Shown in pieces: positions 47,985 to 57,409 of a DNA stretch of 64,000 nucleotides. Location of the stretch: positions 32,001 to 96,000 of IMG/VR virus record IMGVR_UViG_3300030104_002421; one strand, 5' to 3'. A model generated the notes under the pieces. The model did no database searches and was not told where the DNA came from. It saw only the letters and a list, made by a program, of their open reading frames with translations. Source of the DNA: a virus. How positions within the stretch are numbered: position 1 is the first letter of the stretch; every line of letters starts with the position of its first letter. The position numbers and the translations under genes are program-made.

Positions 47985-49816
47985 AAAAGACTTTAAAAGA
48001 ATTACTATCAAAAAATGTAGGTCGTAAACAACCTGTGGTGTTCGCATTTGGCAGATTAAATCCGCCAACACAAGGACATCAAAAACTTATTGATAGAGTA
48101 ATAACAATGGCAAAACGAGTGAAAGGTTTGCCTGTTTTATATGTTAGTGCTTCACAAGATAAAAAGAAGAATCCACTAAAAGTAAAACAAAAATTAGATT
48201 ATTTAAAAAAAGTATATCCAAGAGGAATAAAATTATTACCTGCTACGAATAAGGAAAGAACCTTTATGGAAATATTAAAGAATAACTTTGATAAAAAATA
48301 TACTGATGTTTATATGATTGCAGGAAGTGATAGAGTAGCAGAATTTAAAAGATTAATTTCAAAGTATAATGGTAAAGATTATAACTTTGATACAGTAAAT
48401 GTGGTAAGTGCAGGTGAAAGAGATCCAGACGCTGAAGGTGTTTCAGGTATCTCTGCTAGTAAAATGAGGGAATTTGCCACAAAAAATGACTATAAAAATT
48501 TTAGGAGTAACCTTATGACAGGCACAAAGGAGAAGGATGCCATGAAACTATTTAAAGACCTTAAAAACCAAATGGGTGTTAGAGAAGACATGTTAGCACC
48601 TAGCGACAATGAAGAACAAAAAATAATTAGAGAAAATTACCACAACAATGAAATCTTTAATCTAAACGAATATGTGGAAAATTTAAAAGATGGAACTGTG
48701 GGTAAAATTATTAAACGAGGACCTAACTATGTACAATATGAAATGGAAGATGGTGGCGTGAAGAAAGCATGGTTAGATGACATTATACCAAGTGAAAGTT
48801 TAAATACAGAATTAACAAATGAAGATGTTGATAAGAAAAAATTAGTATTACAAAAGAATAGTAATCAATTAAAATCTTTCAAATCTTTTGATGAAGAAAT
48901 AAAAGAGTATGATGATGAAAAGAAAGGTTTACCTTTCCCTGGTTATGATAGCGCTGCTGATGCTCAAAAAACATTAGGCGTAATGAGAACTAAAAAGAAA
49001 AAAGAAAATGAAAAAAAAGATAAGAAAGATAAAGTATTTGCAATTAAAACACCGGGTCAACCAGCAATTAAAGATGTAGATGATTGGACACAAGGACCTG
49101 ATAATGCAGACCAAATTCATACAATGAGAACATTTAATCTTAAAACTCCAGGACAGGATAGAGATTATAGTAAACTTGTTACAACAAGAAAGTTCCAAAA
49201 GTTTGAAAGTAATGATAAGACAAGACAGGATCCAGATGTAAAAGATAAAAAAGGTACACAACCTGCCAAGTATTATTCTGGTTTAGCAAAATCAACAAAA
49301 TCTGCTAGAGACGCTCATTTCAAAAAGAAGACAAAGGTTGATGATGACAACCCAGCAGCATATACACCGGCACCTGGCGATAGTAAAGGTAAAACTAAAC
49401 CATCAGTACATACAAAGAAGTTTAAACAAATGTATGGCGAAGAACCTGAATACATTAATGCTAATGATGTTAAAGAGTGGGCATTAGAGACAACCACTAT
49501 CAACAAGTTCAAAGACCGTTATCAAACGGAGTGGAGAATTGAGTTAGATAAAGCAGTAGCAGAAATGTTAGAACAAGTAAAGATGGAAGAAAGTAAAGAA
49601 GCAGGTCTTAAAAAGAAAGCAGAAAAATCTGGTATGCCAATTGGTGTATTAAGAAAAGTATATAATAGAGGCATGGCTGCATGGCGTACAGGACATAGAC
49701 CTGGTACTACACCACAACAATGGGCAATGGCAAGAGTTAATTCTTTTGTAACAAAGTCAAGTGGAACATGGGGTAAAGCAGACGCTGACTTAGCAAAACA
49801 AGTGAGAGGTAAGTAA
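47981..49816 (+). CDS. HIGH-superfamily nucleotidyltransferase (cytidylyl-/adenylyltransferase-like) with C-terminal modules
   Basis: FGRLNPPTQGH, KNPL, AGSDRV, SAGERDPD, SASKMR; C-terminal VYNRGMAAW..GHRPG..WAMARVNSF module. Confidence 0.8.
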   Translation: MKKTLKELLSKNVGRKQPVVFAFGRLNPPTQGHQKLIDRVITMAKRVKGLPVLYVSASQDKKKNPLKVKQKLDYLKKVYPRGIKLLPATNKERTFMEILKNNFDKKYTDVYMIAGSDRVAEFKRLISKYNGKDYNFDTVNVVSAGERDPDAEGVSGISASKMREFATKNDYKNFRSNLMTGTKEKDAMKLFKDLKNQMGVREDMLAPSDNEEQKIIRENYHNNEIFNLNEYVENLKDGTVGKIIKRGPNYVQYEMEDGGVKKAWLDDIIPSESLNTELTNEDVDKKKLVLQKNSNQLKSFKSFDEEIKEYDDEKKGLPFPGYDSAADAQKTLGVMRTKKKKENEKKDKKDKVFAIKTPGQPAIKDVDDWTQGPDNADQIHTMRTFNLKTPGQDRDYSKLVTTRKFQKFESNDKTRQDPDVKDKKGTQPAKYYSGLAKSTKSARDAHFKKKTKVDDDNPAAYTPAPGDSKGKTKPSVHTKKFKQMYGEEPEYINANDVKEWALETTTINKFKDRYQTEWRIELDKAVAEMLEQVKMEESKEAGLKKKAEKSGMPIGVLRKVYNRGMAAWRTGHRPGTTPQQWAMARVNSFVTKSSGTWGKADADLAKQVRGK

Positions 49817-49817
49817 T

Positions 49818-50168
49818 ATGAAAACTCTAAAACAAGTAGAAGAAATTGATTTAGTATGTGAGGGTATGGTTTATGAACATGAACAAGAAGGTATACAAGA
49901 GGCAGAATATCAAGGTAAAAAAGTAAATCTTAATGACCCTGTTCGTTCATCTGGTGGTCCTAAAAAGTTTCATGTGTATGTTAAGAATGCTAAAGGTAAT
50001 GTTGTTAAGGTTAATTTTGGTGATCCTAATATGAGTATTAACCGTGATGACCCTGGTGCGAGAAAAAGTTTCCGTGCTAGACATAATTGTGACCAGAAAA
50101 AAGATAAGACAACCGCAGGTTATTGGTCATGTTATCAATGGCGTGCAGGCGCTAAGGTTGATAATTAG
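49818..50168 (+). CDS. Conserved hypothetical protein
   Basis: EAEYQGKKV.LN.P, KVNFGDPNM, RKSFRARHNC, AGYWSC. Confidence 0.7.
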   Translation: MKTLKQVEEIDLVCEGMVYEHEQEGIQEAEYQGKKVNLNDPVRSSGGPKKFHVYVKNAKGNVVKVNFGDPNMSINRDDPGARKSFRARHNCDQKKDKTTAGYWSCYQWRAGAKVDN

Positions 50169-50176
50169 TATAAATA
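50169..50176 (+). promoter_or_regulatory. T4 late promoter TATAAATA
   Basis: Exact consensus. Confidence 0.8.
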
Positions 50177-50194
50177 GTAACACGGAGAGAATAA

Positions 50195-51562
50195 ATGACC
50201 AGATATAGTACAACCATGGCACAAATCCAAGAGCAGATGATGTTTGAGGAGTATATTGATGGCGTCCTTCAATTAGATGACGAGGCGTTTAATGAATATT
50301 ACGATAGTTTGGATAGTGACCAACAACAAGAATTAGAAGAAGTAATTGGTAAAATTGCAAAAGGAATAGGCAAGGTTGCTGTATCTCCTATTACATTGCC
50401 ATTTAAGGCAGTAAAAGGTATTGCAAAAGGTGTTAAGAAGGTGGCAACATCTTCTCCTGTAAAGAAAGCTGCAGGTGCAATCGCTAGAGGTGCAGGTAAA
50501 GCAGCTGCCGCTGGTGCTAAAGGTGCAGTCGCAGGTGTAAAAAAAGGTATCAATAGATTATCTGTATCAGGTAGAGCAGACGCTGCTAAAAAGAAGGCAG
50601 ATAAAATCGCAAAGAGAAACCAAGAAAGAGAAAGACTGGCAAGAGAAAAAGATAGAGTAGACCAGGAACGCCAAAAAGCAAGAGACGCTATGAAGAAAGA
50701 CATAGAAAGAGAAAAAACTACCTCTGCTGAATATGATCCTAAAAAAGATAAAGAAAAAAAGGACATGAAAGAAGAAGACATAGAAGAAAAATTTAAACCA
50801 ACTGCTGGTGAGTTATATGTAGTAACTGCTGGCCCAGGTGATAATGCACAAAAAGTTATTGGCACAAATAAAGATTTGAAGAAAGCTCAAAAGATGAGAG
50901 ACGATTATAATAAAAAGAATAAACCAAGTAAACCGTCTCACAAAGCAAGAGTTTATGCACAGACTAGGGCATCACAACCTGCAAATAAATTTAAAACTGG
51001 TGATAAAATTATGTATTCTACATATGGCAACAAAGCACAGTTTACAAAAGTTAAAGAAAACTTTTTTAAAGAAGAAGTAGAAGACATAGAAGAATTTTCT
51101 GATAGTCAAATCAAAAGGTTACAAAAAGAATATGAACCTTTGAGAGGTAAAGAAACTGGTGTGAATCCACAAAAGTTTGCTAAGCTTCGTAAGATGATGA
51201 AACGAATGAAGAAACCTCAATTAATGGCGCTAGTAAAAGCAAACATACCAATTCTAACATCAGCTGCGAAAGCAAGTTTGGTTATTAATCATGGTATGAA
51301 ATGGTCGTCATTACCAGAAGATTTTTTACCTTATATAGAGGTGTTCGCTGATGATACATTAGATGAACAAAAATCAAAATTTAAAAGTGTTGATACAAAA
51401 GTTTTACAAAGAGTAAGTAAAATGATGAGAGGCACAAAACAAGAGAAACAATCAATAGCAAATATGCTAAATTATTTCATGCCACCTGAAGTGGTTGATA
51501 TGATTAGAGACAAGTTTGGCATTAAAATGCCAAGAGGTAAAATAAAATTTACTGATTTATAA
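50195..51562 (+). CDS. Late modular protein with a G/A/K-rich amphipathic segment
   Basis: Late promoter; acidic N-terminus ending LEE, followed by KIAKGIGKVA.. repeats. Confidence 0.6.
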   Translation: MTRYSTTMAQIQEQMMFEEYIDGVLQLDDEAFNEYYDSLDSDQQQELEEVIGKIAKGIGKVAVSPITLPFKAVKGIAKGVKKVATSSPVKKAAGAIARGAGKAAAAGAKGAVAGVKKGINRLSVSGRADAAKKKADKIAKRNQERERLAREKDRVDQERQKARDAMKKDIEREKTTSAEYDPKKDKEKKDMKEEDIEEKFKPTAGELYVVTAGPGDNAQKVIGTNKDLKKAQKMRDDYNKKNKPSKPSHKARVYAQTRASQPANKFKTGDKIMYSTYGNKAQFTKVKENFFKEEVEDIEEFSDSQIKRLQKEYEPLRGKETGVNPQKFAKLRKMMKRMKKPQLMALVKANIPILTSAAKASLVINHGMKWSSLPEDFLPYIEVFADDTLDEQKSKFKSVDTKVLQRVSKMMRGTKQEKQSIANMLNYFMPPEVVDMIRDKFGIKMPRGKIKFTDL

Positions 51563-51574
51563 AGGGAGACTAAA

Positions 51575-52282
51575 ATGACTGACAAAAAAATAAAAGGCTG
51601 GAATAGTTCGTATTTTGGCGAAGCAAAACCAGGAAGTTTGAAAGATGTAATACAAAATATTACTAACAAACAAAATGCATTAGTAGGTGATAAACCTGTT
51701 GTTGCAGACCCAATTACACCTGAACAAGTAGCAAACAAAGAAAAGTTTAATACTGAAGCAAAATATACTGTTTCTATTGAAACAAATAAAAACGATAAAT
51801 CTGATGACGGTGAAGGCTTAGACGCTGTACAACCTAAAGCAGTAAAGAAGAAGTTTAAAGATAGAAAAGACAAAGACATTGACAATGATGGTGATGTAGA
51901 TAGTTCAGATAAATTTCTTCACAAAAGACGAAAAGCAATCTCAAAGGCAGTAAAAAAAGATGAAGGCGCTATGAAGCGTGGTGACCATTTAGATACTTTT
52001 AAACCTAAACCTAAAAAAGAAAAACATAAACCAGGACATGATGAAGATGAAAAAGGTAAAGATAAGAATGGTGTAAAGGTTCATGGTGAACAAGCTGACA
52101 AATGGGAAGCAGTAAGAGCATTTAAAGTATCATCTATGAAAGACGCTTTAGCAAAAGTATATGCTGAAAAATTAGAAGATGATGATACACCAGAGGTAAA
52201 AGATACTATCAAAGGTCTTAAAAAAGCAAGTCAATCACATGCTAAACAGGCTAAATCTTTAGAAAAACAAATTAAAGATTAA
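51575..52282 (+). CDS. Late charged protein with a DxDxDG Ca-binding-like loop
   Basis: DKDIDNDGDVDSSDKFLHKRRKAI. Confidence 0.6.
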   Translation: MTDKKIKGWNSSYFGEAKPGSLKDVIQNITNKQNALVGDKPVVADPITPEQVANKEKFNTEAKYTVSIETNKNDKSDDGEGLDAVQPKAVKKKFKDRKDKDIDNDGDVDSSDKFLHKRRKAISKAVKKDEGAMKRGDHLDTFKPKPKKEKHKPGHDEDEKGKDKNGVKVHGEQADKWEAVRAFKVSSMKDALAKVYAEKLEDDDTPEVKDTIKGLKKASQSHAKQAKSLEKQIKD

Positions 52283-52283
52283 C

Positions 52284-52874
52284 ATGAAGTATTCCGCTCT
52301 GGCGGAGACGATTAAAGGCATCCATATTATACAGGAAGCAGATAGTCTCCCAACTATATACTGTGATATGGATGGCGTCTTGGTAGATTTTGCCAAAGGC
52401 ATTGATAAAATGTTTACGCTTAAATCTAAAGACCCAAGTATGCCGGGACCTATGCAAACGGCAGGTTATTCTGACGCCAAAGATTGGTTAAAAGCACCAA
52501 TGACGGCGGCAAAATGGCAACCTATACATGATTACCCTATGTTTTGGCCTACACTACCGTGGATGAAAGACGGTTTAAAATTGTGGTCCTACATAAGGAA
52601 ATTCAATCCACACATTCTATCTGCCTATACACCATTTGATAAGAATAGTATTAAAGGTAAACAATTGTGGATACAACGAAACTTAAAACTAACGGACTCT
52701 AGTAGAATCCATTTAGTTAGAAGAAGTGAGAAGCGAGTATATGCTAATGGTAATGTATTAATTGATGATTATGGTAAGAATACTAAAGAATGGAAAAATT
52801 ACAAAGGTATTCCTATCAAACATAAATCCGCTTCAAGTACAATTTCCTCGTTAAGAAAACTTGGATTTGTATAA
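52284..52874 (+). CDS. HAD phosphatase (5'(3')-deoxyribonucleotidase-like)
   Basis: DMDGVLVDF, ILSA, K..W, LIDDY. Confidence 0.85.
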   Translation: MKYSALAETIKGIHIIQEADSLPTIYCDMDGVLVDFAKGIDKMFTLKSKDPSMPGPMQTAGYSDAKDWLKAPMTAAKWQPIHDYPMFWPTLPWMKDGLKLWSYIRKFNPHILSAYTPFDKNSIKGKQLWIQRNLKLTDSSRIHLVRRSEKRVYANGNVLIDDYGKNTKEWKNYKGIPIKHKSASSTISSLRKLGFV

Positions 52875-52877
52875 ATA
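52870..52877 (+). promoter_or_regulatory. T4 late promoter TATAAATA
   Basis: Exact consensus. Confidence 0.8.
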
Positions 52878-52925
52878 GTAGTTAATAACTAGTTATAAAC
52901 AAAACTTAATTAAGGAGAATTAAAA

Positions 52926-53678
52926 ATGGGACTATGGGGAAAATCTACTTCCGCAGATAGTAGACCAAAGTTTCTGAAAGGTGACGGCGCTGAAGGTGCA
53001 GGGGGCAAATTAGAAGACGCTCTAGCAACAACTAGAGGCTGGGAACTTAAAGCAGGAACAGCGGCAAGCGGAAACGACAACGCTAGTGCTCAGAGTGAAA
53101 TTTTAGTCGCAATAGGCGGACTATCTTCTACACTTGGCGCTGCTAACTTAATGTCTGTTGACTGGACTGATGGAACTTACGGACACGCAGGTTCAACTGA
53201 CTTTGATATCGTATTTACATATGACGAAGCAGTTACAGTAACATCAGCAACGGCAACGGCAAACAACACAATTTCAAACAAAGTATTTACATCAATGCAA
53301 ATATTAGGTCCAACTGATATGGCTTCAGACGCTGATATGAAAATGCAATACTACTCTGGTAGTGGTACAAACAGAATTGTATTTAGAGGTAGAATACCTG
53401 CAGCTGGTGTTGCAGGCGGTTATATCGCAATTGCAGACGCTACAGCGGCAATGGCAACAGACGGATCTTCAGCAATGGTTGATGGTAACGGAACAACCGT
53501 ACCTTCAGCAGACGCCGACCACGCAGGTGGTTCAGCGGCAGCAGGTGCTGATGGTGGAAGTTCAATTTGGGGAACCGCTATTAAGCGTACTGGTTCTTCA
53601 TCAATGACTTTAGAAACTAAAACTGGTTCATCAAGTGGAACATCTTCACTTGTTTTAACTGGTGTTGTTTTAGGTTAA
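52926..53678 (+). CDS. Virion structural protein (G/S/T/A-rich)
   Basis: MGLWG start, EILVAIGGL, Y.SGSGTN..F motif; late promoter and strong SD. Confidence 0.65.
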   Translation: MGLWGKSTSADSRPKFLKGDGAEGAGGKLEDALATTRGWELKAGTAASGNDNASAQSEILVAIGGLSSTLGAANLMSVDWTDGTYGHAGSTDFDIVFTYDEAVTVTSATATANNTISNKVFTSMQILGPTDMASDADMKMQYYSGSGTNRIVFRGRIPAAGVAGGYIAIADATAAMATDGSSAMVDGNGTTVPSADADHAGGSAAAGADGGSSIWGTAIKRTGSSSMTLETKTGSSSGTSSLVLTGVVLG

Positions 53679-53691
53679 TAAATAGAATTAA

Positions 53692-53773
53692 ATGGGGAGA
53701 AATAACTCCCCATATAATGATGAGAGTAAAGCGTATGCATACTCTCAGTAGCATTCCCCTAATACATACGGGG
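53692..53773 (+). promoter_or_regulatory. Structured 5' leader with three hairpins and a possible pseudoknot
   Basis: ATGGGGAG/CTCCCCAT, TGAGAGTA/TACTCTCA, CCCC/GGGG; loop-loop complementarity CGTATG/CATACG. Confidence 0.5.
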
Positions 53774-53795
53774 TTTATATAAGGAGAAAAAAAAC

Positions 53796-54467
53796 ATGGC
53801 TGATAAAAAAATCACAGCTTTAACTGACCTAGGTTCTGGTAACATAGCGTCAGCTGACTTACTACATGTTATTGATGATCCATCTGGAACACCAATTAAC
53901 AAAAAAATATCTATAGCGAGTTTGTTCGCTTCAATTCCAACTGCTGTTGCAATCAATCCAGGTGCTTCTGCTAATGTAACAATTAACAGTTCAGCAACGG
54001 ACTCTGACTTTATCGTTTCAAATGATGACGAAGAAGCATTTAGAGTAGATGGTGCAAATAGAGAGGTTGTTATTAACGAAGCTTCAGGACAAACAGACCT
54101 TAGAGCGGAAACTAACAGTTACTCAACTGCTTTACTTGTTGACGCTTCTGCTGATAATGTACAAATCAACGCTACACCAGTTTTTGGGTTAACTCAATTA
54201 CTAACAGGTGCAGGTGCGGTTGATGTTGTTTCTGCTATCACAGAGGTAGTATCAACAGGTGCTCAAGCAGGAACTTTTGCTGACGGAGTAGAAGGTCAAA
54301 TTAAGTTTATTGTTATGAAAACTGACGGTGGAGATTATACAATTACACCAACAAACTTTAATAGTGGTTCAACAATCACTCTTAATGACGCTGGTGACGC
54401 TGTATTATTACTATTCACAAATAGTGCATGGTACTTAATTTCTAACCAAGGTGCGACAATAGCATAA
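53796..54467 (+). CDS. Virion structural/fibre-like protein
   Basis: [30 protein letters not shown]-terminus typical of fibre or decoration proteins. Confidence 0.65.
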   Translation: MADKKITALTDLGSGNIASADLLHVIDDPSGTPINKKISIASLFASIPTAVAINPGASANVTINSSATDSDFIVSNDDEEAFRVDGANREVVINEASGQTDLRAETNSYSTALLVDASADNVQINATPVFGLTQLLTGAGAVDVVSAITEVVSTGAQAGTFADGVEGQIKFIVMKTDGGDYTITPTNFNSGSTITLNDAGDAVLLLFTNSAWYLISNQGATIA

Positions 54468-54479
54468 TAATTAATTAGT

Positions 54480-54503
54480 GAGGGCGCTACGGCGCCCTTT
54501 CTT
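54480..54503 (+). terminator. Terminator identical to the gp23 terminator
   Basis: GAGGGCGCTACGGCGCCCTTT. Confidence 0.8.
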
Positions 54504-54517
54504 ACCATGGAGTAAAT

Positions 54518-54733
54518 ATGAATAAAGAAACACTTGAAGCGAAAAAGACACAGTTACTAGAAAATAAATCAATAGTAATGAACCAGATAAATGACGGTAC
54601 AAGACTATTAGAAAAGGCGAAAGCAGATTTGAATGCCCTTTTAGGTGCCATTCAGGTCGTTGACCAACTTTTGGAAGAAACTGGAGACATAGATAGGTCA
54701 AAGGAGGCGAATAAAGATGGTACAAAGAATTAG
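54518..54733 (+). CDS. Small coiled-coil protein
   Basis: SD GGAG; NALLGAIQV. Confidence 0.6.
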   Translation: MNKETLEAKKTQLLENKSIVMNQINDGTRLLEKAKADLNALLGAIQVVDQLLEETGDIDRSKEANKDGTKN

Positions 54734-54938
54734 ATACGGTGCAGGGGGCGTTCCTTACTATGAACAAACAACTGACATTGAAAAAGAAAAGGCTGAATTA
54801 GAGGCAAGTTTAAAACAATCTAAAGCGGCAAAAAAAGAACGCCAAGATAAGGCGAAAAAGAAAAAGAAAAAAGTAATACAGGAAATCATGGGAGATGACC
54901 TGAACGAAGAAAAGGAGTTATTAGATGAAATCATTTAA
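54717..54938 (+). CDS. Hypothetical protein
   Basis: SD GGAGG; charged 73-aa ORF. Confidence 0.55.
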   Translation: MVQRIRYGAGGVPYYEQTTDIEKEKAELEASLKQSKAAKKERQDKAKKKKKKVIQEIMGDDLNEEKELLDEII

Positions 54939-55356
54939 AGAGTTTGACAACAAACAGATAGATGAAGTATTAGCTAAAACTACTCCGGTCAATGCACCTG
55001 CTGATAGTGATATGGCATTAAACGATATTACAAATGATGAAATCGTTAGTCGTATAAATCACTTTGTTGGTTCAATTGCAAGTATGGAACATATTAATCC
55101 AATGGCTGCAGTTAATCATTTAAGAAGTAAGTTACATGGACTAGGTGTAGAGTTTGCTGGGGAAGTTTCTATGCCAGAAACAGTAAAAAACGGAACAGTT
55201 AGTATACCATTAAGTAAATTTGGTGGTGTGTATGGAAAAACAGGTGAAGAACCTGCAGGTGAGGTAAAAAATGATGATGGTGTGGTAAGAAATTTATCTC
55301 TTACATACGAAACATTAAAAAACGGAGCATGCAAGGTTTACGCTAAATTAGTTTAG
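54925..55356 (+). CDS. Probable internal head protein
   Basis: N-terminal MKSFKEF..IDE, like the T4 capsid-targeting sequence. Confidence 0.6.
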   Translation: MKSFKEFDNKQIDEVLAKTTPVNAPADSDMALNDITNDEIVSRINHFVGSIASMEHINPMAAVNHLRSKLHGLGVEFAGEVSMPETVKNGTVSIPLSKFGGVYGKTGEEPAGEVKNDDGVVRNLSLTYETLKNGACKVYAKLV

Positions 55357-55364
55357 GACCTAGA

Positions 55365-55730
55365 ATGAGATTTGATAAGCTAACGAAGGACAATGTCCTT
55401 ATGTTCGCAATACAAAATTACGACAATCCTCAGGCAGAGGGTGAAAAAGAGTTTTATGATGACATGAAACGCTTTAAGTATCTTAAACGATTGTTTAAGA
55501 AGTTCAGTAAGACTGGCATACTTAAAGAACGATTGATTATGAACCACATAATTGTATTAGCAAATGTGTTTGGTCCAGAAGCAGTCAAAGTTTTATTATT
55601 CTTTAAGATTGACCAAATGTTTTGGCCACAATTGAAAACTTTTTTAATATTTTTGAATTATATGACTATGGACGAATTGACACAAATCTCTTTAGATGAT
55701 AAACTATTAGAAACCTTAAAGGGGATATAA
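55365..55730 (+). CDS. Conserved T4-like hypothetical protein
   Basis: FAIQNYDNP...EFYDDMKRFKYLKRL, LIMNHII.L.NVFG. Confidence 0.75.
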   Translation: MRFDKLTKDNVLMFAIQNYDNPQAEGEKEFYDDMKRFKYLKRLFKKFSKTGILKERLIMNHIIVLANVFGPEAVKVLLFFKIDQMFWPQLKTFLIFLNYMTMDELTQISLDDKLLETLKGI

Positions 55731-56336
55731 ATGGCAAGCAGAGCAATAGACGCTTTTATTACTTTTCGTTTTTTAAAATTGTTAGTAACGCCATTTAATA
55801 AGACTGAGGCATTTAAGTTAGGTATTATTAATGATAGAGGTAAAGTTTTAAGAAGATATAAGACACTTGAGCGAATAGAAGAAAGGCAAGCATATACTAT
55901 TTTACACAGGCTCGTTTTCAATATAAAGAAATTAATTGAAAAGATTCCTGGTGGTAAGTCCAGATTGGCGAGTTATGCTGCCGCTCTATTTCTTATTAAA
56001 GAACATGTTGACCAAATGCATGATAGTGATGGAGAATTACTTGAAAAAGAGTTTTATAAATATTTAAAAGATAATGATTTAATTGAAGAAGATGATGGTA
56101 TCATAAGAGAAGATATCTCATTTGCAGATAAATTATTAAAAGGTTCTTACAGATTAGTAAATGATGTAGGGACAGATGAGGATGATAAAGTGATTGGAAA
56201 AAGAGGCGACATAGTATCAGTATATGCTGATAGTCATGCCAAAGATAATGTTATGGGACAGGATGTATTTGAAGTTATACACGATAAAACAAAAGATGTT
56301 TTATTAGTAACAGTAGAGGATATAGAAGAAGCATGA
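55731..56336 (+). CDS. Conserved T4-like hypothetical protein
   Basis: RFLKLLVTPF..TEAFKLGII...G, HRLVFNIKK, LASYAAAL.LIKE. Confidence 0.75.
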   Translation: MASRAIDAFITFRFLKLLVTPFNKTEAFKLGIINDRGKVLRRYKTLERIEERQAYTILHRLVFNIKKLIEKIPGGKSRLASYAAALFLIKEHVDQMHDSDGELLEKEFYKYLKDNDLIEEDDGIIREDISFADKLLKGSYRLVNDVGTDEDDKVIGKRGDIVSVYADSHAKDNVMGQDVFEVIHDKTKDVLLVTVEDIEEA

Positions 56337-57409
56337 CCAGGAGTTTTTCAGATTTTTCAGCAGGTTTACTTGCATTGAAAGAGAGTTTAGAAAAGAAAGA
56401 AGACATAGCAAATGTCGCTGGTGATGGTGCGGTTTCTATGCCACCCACAGCAAGAAAACCTATCAAAAGAAAGAAGATGACATTTAATGTCTCTCCAGAA
56501 GTTTTTGCCGCTTTTAAAAAAGGTAAATCAAAGTTTGAAAAATGGTCAAAATATTTAGACCTAACTGACGAAAGTCAAGCAGCGATATATTCCTGGGCAA
56601 TCAAAAATCATACAGGTGTTATTATACTACAAAATTCTGTAACAGGAGAAATAAGAGCGATTAGACATAATAGAATGGGTGGTGGACAATGGCACAAATT
56701 ATCCAGAGGTTTAAAAACAGAAGCAAGTGAATTACCAAAAGAAGTTTTAGATGACGCTGAAGATATAGTAAAAGATTTAAAATCTAAAAAAGCAGACTTT
56801 GTAAAAAGATATGGCAAAGACGCTAAGAAAGTTATGTATGCTACAGCAATGAAACAAGCAAAAGCAAAACATGGCATAGAGGGTAAAGAATTTGGTTCTA
56901 TTATCAAACAAATTAAAGATAGTATAGATAACATTGGTGTTAAAAAAGAAAGTATTAATACACAAGCAGAAAAACAATTGTATGAAACACCAGCAAAACC
57001 ACACGAAAACAATATAACAGTTTTACGAAATATAGTAAAAGAAAATGTTACAAAGAAAGTAATTTTTGAAAAAGCAGGAACTATGAGGGTTGATCCTGAA
57101 ACTGCTAAAACATTATTATCCGTATATGATGAATTAGATGAAGCATTAAAGAGTAAGTTTCAAAAGATGTTAAACTTTAATCAAATGGGTCTTAAATCAT
57201 TAAGAAACATGGCATACGAAATCGCAACATACGGTGAACCTCAAGGTCTAGCAAGACCTATTGCGAGTATAGGTAATATGAAATCACCAAGAAGTCGTCC
57301 AGCATACGCTTTAAATGCAAAAAAGAAGAAAGAAATTAAATCTACGGCAAAAGGTCCTGGTCTAGGTACATCTATGCCTATGATGAATATAACAGCGAGG
57401 AAGAAATAA
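56333..57409 (+). CDS. Modular late protein (probable head polyprotein)
   Basis: MTRSFSDF N-terminus; modules ANVAGDGAV, F.KRYGKDAK.VMYATA, RVDPETA..L..VYD.L. Confidence 0.6.
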   Translation: MTRSFSDFSAGLLALKESLEKKEDIANVAGDGAVSMPPTARKPIKRKKMTFNVSPEVFAAFKKGKSKFEKWSKYLDLTDESQAAIYSWAIKNHTGVIILQNSVTGEIRAIRHNRMGGGQWHKLSRGLKTEASELPKEVLDDAEDIVKDLKSKKADFVKRYGKDAKKVMYATAMKQAKAKHGIEGKEFGSIIKQIKDSIDNIGVKKESINTQAEKQLYETPAKPHENNITVLRNIVKENVTKKVIFEKAGTMRVDPETAKTLLSVYDELDEALKSKFQKMLNFNQMGLKSLRNMAYEIATYGEPQGLARPIASIGNMKSPRSRPAYALNAKKKKEIKSTAKGPGLGTSMPMMNITARKK

